Positions 26,784 through 32,000 of a DNA stretch of 32,000 nucleotides are shown here, piece after piece. The stretch lies in assembly GCA_965224465.1 (NCBI GenBank), contig OZ245049.1:4800001-4832000 (forward strand), in the 5' to 3' direction. Every line of letters begins with the position of its first letter. Within the stretch, counting starts at the first letter, position 1. Made by a program: the position numbers and the translations under genes. Source of the stretch: Flavobacteriaceae bacterium. GTDB taxonomy: Bacteria; Bacteroidota; Bacteroidia; Flavobacteriales; Flavobacteriaceae. The notes under the pieces are model-generated. The model was given only the letters and a program-made list of their open reading frames with translations, had not been told where the DNA came from and made no database searches.

Positions 26784-26889
26784 CATTCTTCCCGTTAAAA
26801 AAAAGCTGTAAAGTTCTGGGTAAAGAAAACGTTTTAGTAACTGTTAATAATCACTTTGTACTTGGGTTTTATTAAACTGATGGTTTTAC

Positions 26890-26897
26890 TATTTTTG
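26890..26897 (+). promoter_or_regulatory. Candidate Bacteroidota -7 promoter box (TAnnTTTG)
   Basis: TATTTTTG matches the TAnnTTTG consensus exactly, 26 nt upstream of the ATG at 26923. No well-spaced -33 TTTG was seen, so the call is weak. Confidence 0.3.
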
Positions 26898-26922
26898 CAA
26901 TCAAATCAATCAACTATAACAC

Positions 26923-27579
26923 ATGAAAAAAATTAGTACACTAGTAGCTTTTATTGCTACAGTTGCAGTTACTGCACAGAACTTACAAATGCACTATGAT
27001 TTTGAACGGGAACAGATCACCACTACCTTAGAATTTTTCAAAATGGACTCGTATGGAAACACGTATACTTTTATTGATCTAGATTATAATGCCAAAGCAG
27101 GAATTAGTGGGGCTTATTTTGAAATAGCACGTGTGTTAAAAACAAAGAAAATGCCTGTTGGATTACATATTGAATACAACGGTGGTTTAGGAACTTTTGG
27201 TAATGCGCCAAATCAAGGGGGCTATACTATAAATGAAGCATGGATTTTGGGAGCCAATTATTCGAAAGGAAATGCTACTTGGGGGTTTTCTACCTATGCG
27301 GGATATAAAGCTTTTACAGGTATTGGAGGGGAAGGAAACTACCAAGTAACAGGAACATGGTATTATAATTTTGCGAAGAATTTTTCATTTTCTGGTTTTG
27401 CTGATGTTTGGAGTGAAAACGGATTGACAGACAAGACCGTGTTTTTGTCTGAGCCCCAATTATGGTATCACTTAAACAAAACGTTTTCTATAGGTGGAGA
27501 AGTAGAATTCTCTAATAATTTTGCACATGTTTTTGAATTTAAAGTGCGTCCAACTGTTGCAATTAAATGGAATTTATAA
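26923..27579 (+). CDS. Predicted outer-membrane beta-barrel protein (DUF5020 / Tsx-like nucleoside channel candidate)
   Basis: 218 aa. Signal peptide ending VTAQ. Alternating aromatic/Gly-rich strands (GAYFE, GLHIEYNGG, WGFSTYAGYK, VTGTWYYNF, FSGFADVW). It lies directly upstream of a purine permease. The family assignment is from memory. Confidence 0.55.
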   Translation: MKKISTLVAFIATVAVTAQNLQMHYDFEREQITTTLEFFKMDSYGNTYTFIDLDYNAKAGISGAYFEIARVLKTKKMPVGLHIEYNGGLGTFGNAPNQGGYTINEAWILGANYSKGNATWGFSTYAGYKAFTGIGGEGNYQVTGTWYYNFAKNFSFSGFADVWSENGLTDKTVFLSEPQLWYHLNKTFSIGGEVEFSNNFAHVFEFKVRPTVAIKWNL

Positions 27580-27590
27580 TCGTATAAGCT

Positions 27591-28895
27591 ATGAGTAAAT
27601 TAGATAAATATTTTAAAATAAAAGAAAGCGGTTCTACCATGAAAACCGAAATTATTGCAGGGATTACTACCTTTATGACTATGGTGTATATCCTAGCGGT
27701 AAATCCGGGAATCTTGGGAGAAACGGGGATGGATAAAGGAGCTGTATTTACAGCTACTGCCTTGTCTGCTGTAATTGCAACTTTAGTGATGGCATTGGTC
27801 GCAAAATTACCTTTTGCCTTGGCGCCAGGAATGGGTTTGAATGCGTTTTTTGCATTTACCGTAGTGTTAGGTATGGGCTATTCTTGGGAGTTTGCCTTGA
27901 CAGCAGTGTTTTTAGAAGGAATCGTTTTTATCCTTTTAACGGCTTTTAATATCCGTGAGTTAATTGTGAACTCCATTCCCTTAAATTTGAAACATGCGGT
28001 ATCTGTAGGTATTGGATTTTTTATTGCTTTTATTGGATTGAAAAACACAGGTCTTATTGTGGATAACCAAGCTACTTTAGTGAGTCTTGGGAATATGAAA
28101 AACCCTGCTGTTTTTGTAGGAATGGCTGGTGTTATTATAATAGGAGTATTGTTGGCTAAAAAGGTAAAAGGAGCTATACTGATTGGGATTTTAGCATCTA
28201 CTGTTATTGGTTTGTTTGTTGGAGTTACTGTAATTCCTGAAGGATTTACTTTTGTGAGTTTACCACCATCTATAGAACCTGTATTTTTTAAGTTTGACTT
28301 TTCTCAAGTATTTACTTTAGATATGCTAATTGTTTTATTCACGTTCTTATTTGTAGATATGTTTGATACGGTAGGGACACTTGTAGGAGTGGCTTCTAAA
28401 GCAGATATGTTGGACAAAGAAGGGCGTGTTCCTCGTGTAAAACAAGCCTTGTTTGCAGATTCTATTGGTACGTTCTTTGGCGCTATTTTGGGGACATCTA
28501 CGGTAACTACCTATGTAGAAAGTGCTGCGGGCGTAGCAGAAGGAGGAAAAACAGGAATGACGGCCTTAACGGTTGCCATTATGTTTGCTTTGTCCTTGTT
28601 TTTTGCACCAGTATTTATGATTGTTCCTGCGGCAGCAACAGCTCCTGCATTAATTATTGTGGGCCTGTTTATGATTACACCCATTAAGAAAATAGATTTG
28701 GAAGATTTTACAGAAGCGATTCCTGCATTCTTTACTATTGTAATGATGCCGTTGACATACAGTATTGCAGAAGGTATTGTTTTTGGGATGTTGTCTTTTG
28801 TGATCCTAAAATTGCTCACAGGGAGGTATAAAGAAATTAAGCCTATTATGTATTTAATCGCTGTGTTGTTTTTGGTGAAATTTTATATTGCTTAA
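27591..28895 (+). CDS. NCS2-family (AzgA-type) adenine/guanine/hypoxanthine permease
   Basis: 434 aa polytopic protein. The N-terminus STMKTEIIAGITTFMTMVYILAVNP and the segment TTYVESAAGVAEGGKTG are characteristic of AzgA/PbuG-type permeases. Confidence 0.85.
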   Translation: MSKLDKYFKIKESGSTMKTEIIAGITTFMTMVYILAVNPGILGETGMDKGAVFTATALSAVIATLVMALVAKLPFALAPGMGLNAFFAFTVVLGMGYSWEFALTAVFLEGIVFILLTAFNIRELIVNSIPLNLKHAVSVGIGFFIAFIGLKNTGLIVDNQATLVSLGNMKNPAVFVGMAGVIIIGVLLAKKVKGAILIGILASTVIGLFVGVTVIPEGFTFVSLPPSIEPVFFKFDFSQVFTLDMLIVLFTFLFVDMFDTVGTLVGVASKADMLDKEGRVPRVKQALFADSIGTFFGAILGTSTVTTYVESAAGVAEGGKTGMTALTVAIMFALSLFFAPVFMIVPAAATAPALIIVGLFMITPIKKIDLEDFTEAIPAFFTIVMMPLTYSIAEGIVFGMLSFVILKLLTGRYKEIKPIMYLIAVLFLVKFYIA

Positions 28896-28917
28896 CACAT
28901 GTTCATTTCGAAGATTG

Positions 28918-29020
28918 TTTAGGAAACAATTTCCAATCGATCTGAGTTCGGGTTGTTTTTTGTTTTATATTGACAAAAAAATAGATGGCTAGCCATAGCT
29001 GTTGTTCTATTTCTTAACCA
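28918..29020 (+). repeat. Degenerate, right-arm-less copy of the intergenic repeat
   Basis: AAACAATTTCCAATCGATC...GTTGTTTTTTGTTTTATATTGACAAAAAAATAGATGGCTAGCCATAGCTGTTGTTCTATTTCTTAAC aligns by eye with the left arm and centre of copy 29114-29284 (TTTTTTGTTTTAACTAGGCGGAAAATGGATGGATAGCCTCAGCTATCTTTCTGTTTTTTAAC). Confidence 0.5.
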
Positions 29021-29070
29021 TAGAAAAAGAAAAAAGACTTGACATTACTTGTCATTTTTATATATATTAA

Positions 29071-29106
29071 CAAAAGGGAGTTGCATTGAGATGCAACTCC
29101 CTTTTG
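29071..29106. terminator. Strong hairpin (possible terminator) between two repeat copies
   Basis: Perfect 16 bp stem CAAAAGGGAGTTGCAT / ATGCAACTCCCTTTTG with loop TGAG. Only a short TTGTTGTGT tail follows. Confidence 0.5.
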
Positions 29107-29113
29107 TTGTGTA

Positions 29114-29284
29114 ATACCAACTACATTTCCAAGTGACGGTTTAAAAATGGAATTATTTTTTGTTTTAACTAGGCGGAAAATGGATGGATAGCCTCAGCTA
29201 TCTTTCTGTTTTTTAACAACGCTAGATTGTAAAATCACCTATTAATAGCTTTCATTTTGGATTGTAATTGGTGTACAATCGTAT
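29114..29284 (+). repeat. Full-length copy of the intergenic TIR repeat (forward, GCTAGAT subfamily)
   Basis: ATACCAACTACATTTCCAAGTGACGGTTTAAAAATGGAATTATTTTTTGTTTTAACTAGGCGGAAAA ... AACAACGCTAGATTGTAAAAT ... TTCATTTTGGATTGTAATTGGTGT. Confidence 0.85.
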
Positions 29285-29655
29285 TTGTTACTTTCTTATT
29301 TCGTTATCTCGTATGCTTTTTTTTAATCTAAAAGAGTTTCTTCCTCGTAAATACCGTGATGGGGACAGTATTTATTACGGAGTTTTCAAAATTGTTTTTG
29401 TTTGATTGCGTAGGGTAACAGTACCGATATATGCAAGTTAGAACAGAGTGCCTGTTTTTAAATCCCTGTTTTTTTGATTCTCAAATTAATTAGAAGGTGT
29501 CTTGGTGACTAATAGTATCGTAAACTCCTTTCTTAAGTGCTTGTTTAGAATAGTTTTAAATATGTAAAATACATAAAATATGGGGTGTTTGTGATTGAAT
29601 TTATTAGTAGTTTTATGCGTGTTTTAATATCAACCACAAAAAAAATCATAAAAAA

Positions 29656-29886
29656 ATGCCTATAAAAAGTTATATACTTCATTCTTTTAAAGGGGATCGA
29701 TGTAAACTTGAGAAGGATTTAACTCAATTTTCAGAATGTGAAATTATTCCTTCTGAGAATCTTGATGTTGTCGTACTTGTTACTGATACGGATTCAGAAA
29801 TTGCAGATTGCAACTTATTTAATAAAATCAATGATCTAAAAAGTTTGAAACATCTCTCTCTAGTTTCTGGCTTTGAAGACAAATAA
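29656..29886 (+). CDS. napD: NapD-like chaperone for periplasmic nitrate reductase
   Basis: 76 aa, 7 nt upstream of napA. The size and beta-alpha-beta pattern (IKSYILH ... VVVLVTDTDS ... HLSLVSGF) fit NapD. The sequence signal is weak, so the call rests mainly on context. Confidence 0.55.
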   Translation: MPIKSYILHSFKGDRCKLEKDLTQFSECEIIPSENLDVVVLVTDTDSEIADCNLFNKINDLKSLKHLSLVSGFEDK

Positions 29887-29893
29887 AATAGAT

Positions 29894-32000
29894 ATGGTAC
29901 AAAAAAGAATTGATCGTAGATCTTTTGTTAAAAAAATGGCTGCAGTAGCGGCTATGACAGCAGCGGCAACCATGTTTCCTGGGATTGTTTTTGCACGTGA
30001 GCAGGAACTAGGAATACCTACGGGTGATTTATCTTGGAAAAAAGGACCTTGTCGTTTTTGTGGGGTAGGTTGTGGGATATTGGTAGGCGTAGAAAATGGA
30101 AAAGCAGTGGCTGTAAAAGGGGATCCTAATTCTTCTGTAAATAAAGGGTTGCTTTGTGTAAAAGGATACCATCAAGCGATGTGCATTCAGGCAAAAGATA
30201 GGTTGGAATATGCCTTAGTAAAAAAGAATGGTAAATATGTAAAAACTTCCTTAAGTGAAGCGTTAGATTTAGTGGCAAGTAAAATGAAATCTACCATTGA
30301 AAAATATGGAAAAGATTCGGTAGCGATGTACACCTCTGGTCAGTCGACCATTCCAGAAGGGTATGTAGCTTCTAAATTGATGAAAGGTGCCATTGGAACC
30401 AATAACTTAGATTGCAATGCACGTTTGTGTATGGCAAGTGCGGTGACAGGATTTCTAACTACTTTTGGAGCTGATGAGCCGATGGGTTGTTACGAAGATA
30501 TAGATCATGCAGATTATTTTATTACATGGGGAAATAATATGGCAGAAATGCATCCCGTGTTGTTCTCTCGTATGTTAGAGCAAAAAAATAATAGAGGTGC
30601 TAAAATTATAGATTTTGCTACCAGAACTACGCGTTCCAGTATGGCGTCTAATAAATCAATACTCTTTGAACCTCAGACGGATTTAGCAGTGGCAAATGCT
30701 ATTTGTTATGAAATTATCAATAACGGATGGGTCAATAAAAAGTTTGTAGAAGATCATACAAATTTTCTAAAAGGAAAAACAAATATAGGCTACGGTTTAG
30801 AAGATCATTTTAGCTTTAAAGACAAAGCAACTAAAATTAGTTTTGAGGATTATAAATTATTTTTAGAAGATTATACTCCAGAAATAGTTTCAAAATACTC
30901 AAAAGTTTCCGTAAAAGATATTAAGTATTTAGCAACAATCTACGGAGATCCTAATAAGAAAGTTGTTTCCTACTGGTGTATGGGAATGAATCAACATACA
31001 CGTGGTACTTGGATAAATAATTTGGTGTACAATATTCATTTATTAACAGGGAAGATTTCACAACCGGGGAATGGCCCATTCTCTTTAACGGGACAACCAT
31101 CCGCCTGTGGAACGGCACGTGAAGTAGGAACATTCACTCATAAGTTACCAAAAGGAGTGGTAATGAAAGAAAAACACCGTCGTTTGGCAGCAAAAATTTG
31201 GAAAGTACCTTACGAAAACATTTCACCAAAACCTACGTACCATGCAACCGAGATGTTTAGAGCGGTAGATCGTGGAGATATCAAATTTATTTGGACTCAA
31301 GTTACAAATCCTTTAGTATCCTTACCAAAAACAAGTCGTTACCGACCTGCGATGGAAAAAGATTCTTGCTTTGTGGTAGTTTCGGATGTATTTCCAACTC
31401 CTACTACGGATGTTGCAGATGTAATTCTGCCAGCAAAATGGCATATAGAAAAAGGAGGATTGTTCGGGAATTCTGAGCGAAGAACGCAGTATTGGGAATC
31501 CATGGTGGAAGGTCCAGGAGAAACAGAAGCCGATGCTTGGATGACCATTGAAGTAGCCAGACGAATGGGCTACGGGCATTTATTTCCATACTCAAAAGAA
31601 AATCACGTAGAAGAAATATACAACGAATACCGTCAGTTTCATCAAGGGAAAAAACACGGAATGGCACCATTGGAAGTGTTGAAAAAAGAATCAGGTGTTA
31701 TTTGGCCTTATGTAGATGGTAAATCTACCCAGTGGAGGTTTAATGCAGCATACGATCCTGCATGTGATAATGGAAAAGATTTTCATTTCTATGGAAAACC
31801 AGATGGCAGAGCGGTGATTTGGCAACGTCCTTATGAGCCCGCTCCAGAAGTGCCGGATCAAGAATATCCTTTTTGGTTAAATACAGGGCGTGTAATTGAA
31901 CATTGGCATACAGGATCTATGACGCGTCGTATTCCTGTATTACACAAAGCAATGCCACATTCTTATGTGGAACTGCATCCCGATGATGCTAGGAAAATGG
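29894..32000 (+). CDS. napA: Periplasmic nitrate reductase catalytic subunit, 3'-truncated by the window edge
   Basis: The ATG at 29894 opens a frame that stays open to the window end, which is why it is missing from the ORF track. Twin-arginine signal IDRRSFVKK. 4Fe-4S motif CRFCGVGCGILV...(x26)...CVKG. Mo-bisMGD motifs include TGQPSACGTAREVG and NTGRVIEHWHTGSMTRR. Confidence 0.9.
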   Translation, partial: MVQKRIDRRSFVKKMAAVAAMTAAATMFPGIVFAREQELGIPTGDLSWKKGPCRFCGVGCGILVGVENGKAVAVKGDPNSSVNKGLLCVKGYHQAMCIQAKDRLEYALVKKNGKYVKTSLSEALDLVASKMKSTIEKYGKDSVAMYTSGQSTIPEGYVASKLMKGAIGTNNLDCNARLCMASAVTGFLTTFGADEPMGCYEDIDHADYFITWGNNMAEMHPVLFSRMLEQKNNRGAKIIDFATRTTRSSMASNKSILFEPQTDLAVANAICYEIINNGWVNKKFVEDHTNFLKGKTNIGYGLEDHFSFKDKATKISFEDYKLFLEDYTPEIVSKYSKVSVKDIKYLATIYGDPNKKVVSYWCMGMNQHTRGTWINNLVYNIHLLTGKISQPGNGPFSLTGQPSACGTAREVGTFTHKLPKGVVMKEKHRRLAAKIWKVPYENISPKPTYHATEMFRAVDRGDIKFIWTQVTNPLVSLPKTSRYRPAMEKDSCFVVVSDVFPTPTTDVADVILPAKWHIEKGGLFGNSERRTQYWESMVEGPGETEADAWMTIEVARRMGYGHLFPYSKENHVEEIYNEYRQFHQGKKHGMAPLEVLKKESGVIWPYVDGKSTQWRFNAAYDPACDNGKDFHFYGKPDGRAVIWQRPYEPAPEVPDQEYPFWLNTGRVIEHWHTGSMTRRIPVLHKAMPHSYVELHPDDARKM

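Noticed and set aside
26784-26922. Purine riboswitch upstream of the OMP/permease pair
   Set aside because: I read the region for the conserved purine-riboswitch junction and loop motifs and found nothing resembling them.
11897-29284. Possibility that the recurring ~160 bp repeats are a CRISPR array
   Set aside because: The copies are kilobases apart, in both orientations, about 160 bp long with TIRs, and separated by housekeeping genes. They have neither the 25-40 bp repeat unit nor the regular spacer pattern of a CRISPR array, and no cas genes are present.
29473-29486. FNR/CRP-type site upstream of napD
   Set aside because: Only the TTGAT half-site is present. The second half (AAATT) does not match ATCAA, which is too weak to call.
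31291-31670. Four short ORFs (61-88 aa) on both strands near the window end
   Set aside because: All lie inside the napA reading frame. That frame is open from 29894 to the window end and encodes canonical NapA motifs.

Overview
Low-GC chromosomal segment that looks like Bacteroidota/Flavobacteriia: there are no Shine-Dalgarno sequences, genes are tightly packed or overlapping, and the gene families are typical of flavobacteria. Most of it is housekeeping. In order: the 3' part of a thiamine operon (ThiE-like, thiD, thiE, thiG, thiH, rhodanese-fused thiF); cmk; queE; a DUF853/HerA-like ATPase; a lipoprotein; folD; ffh; an exported msrB; an alpha/beta hydrolase; an M48 peptidase; a UMF1-type MFS transporter; an RluA-family pseudouridine synthase; a transcarboxylase-like operon (12S-like carboxyltransferase, small ORF, 5S-like subunit fused to a biotin carrier); an outer-membrane barrel plus NCS2 purine permease pair; and napD-napA, which runs off the 3' edge. 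Two things are not housekeeping. (1) A ~5.4 kb insert lies between thiF and cmk. It has an 872 bp ORF-free leader and then three tightly coupled genes: a PAAR-domain protein with a C-terminal extension, a 1077 aa protein with a glycine-rich multi-helix hydrophobic block, and a 232 aa two-TM protein. I read this as an orphan contractile-injection (T6SS or eCIS) spike-tip/effector/immunity module. No secretion-apparatus genes are in the window. (2) A ~160 bp intergenic repeat family with ~24 bp imperfect terminal inverted repeats is present as 5 full-length and at least 3 partial copies, in both orientations. Two partial copies bracket the PAAR islet as 30/33-identical direct repeats. All functional calls come from reading motifs in the supplied translations, and no database search was run.
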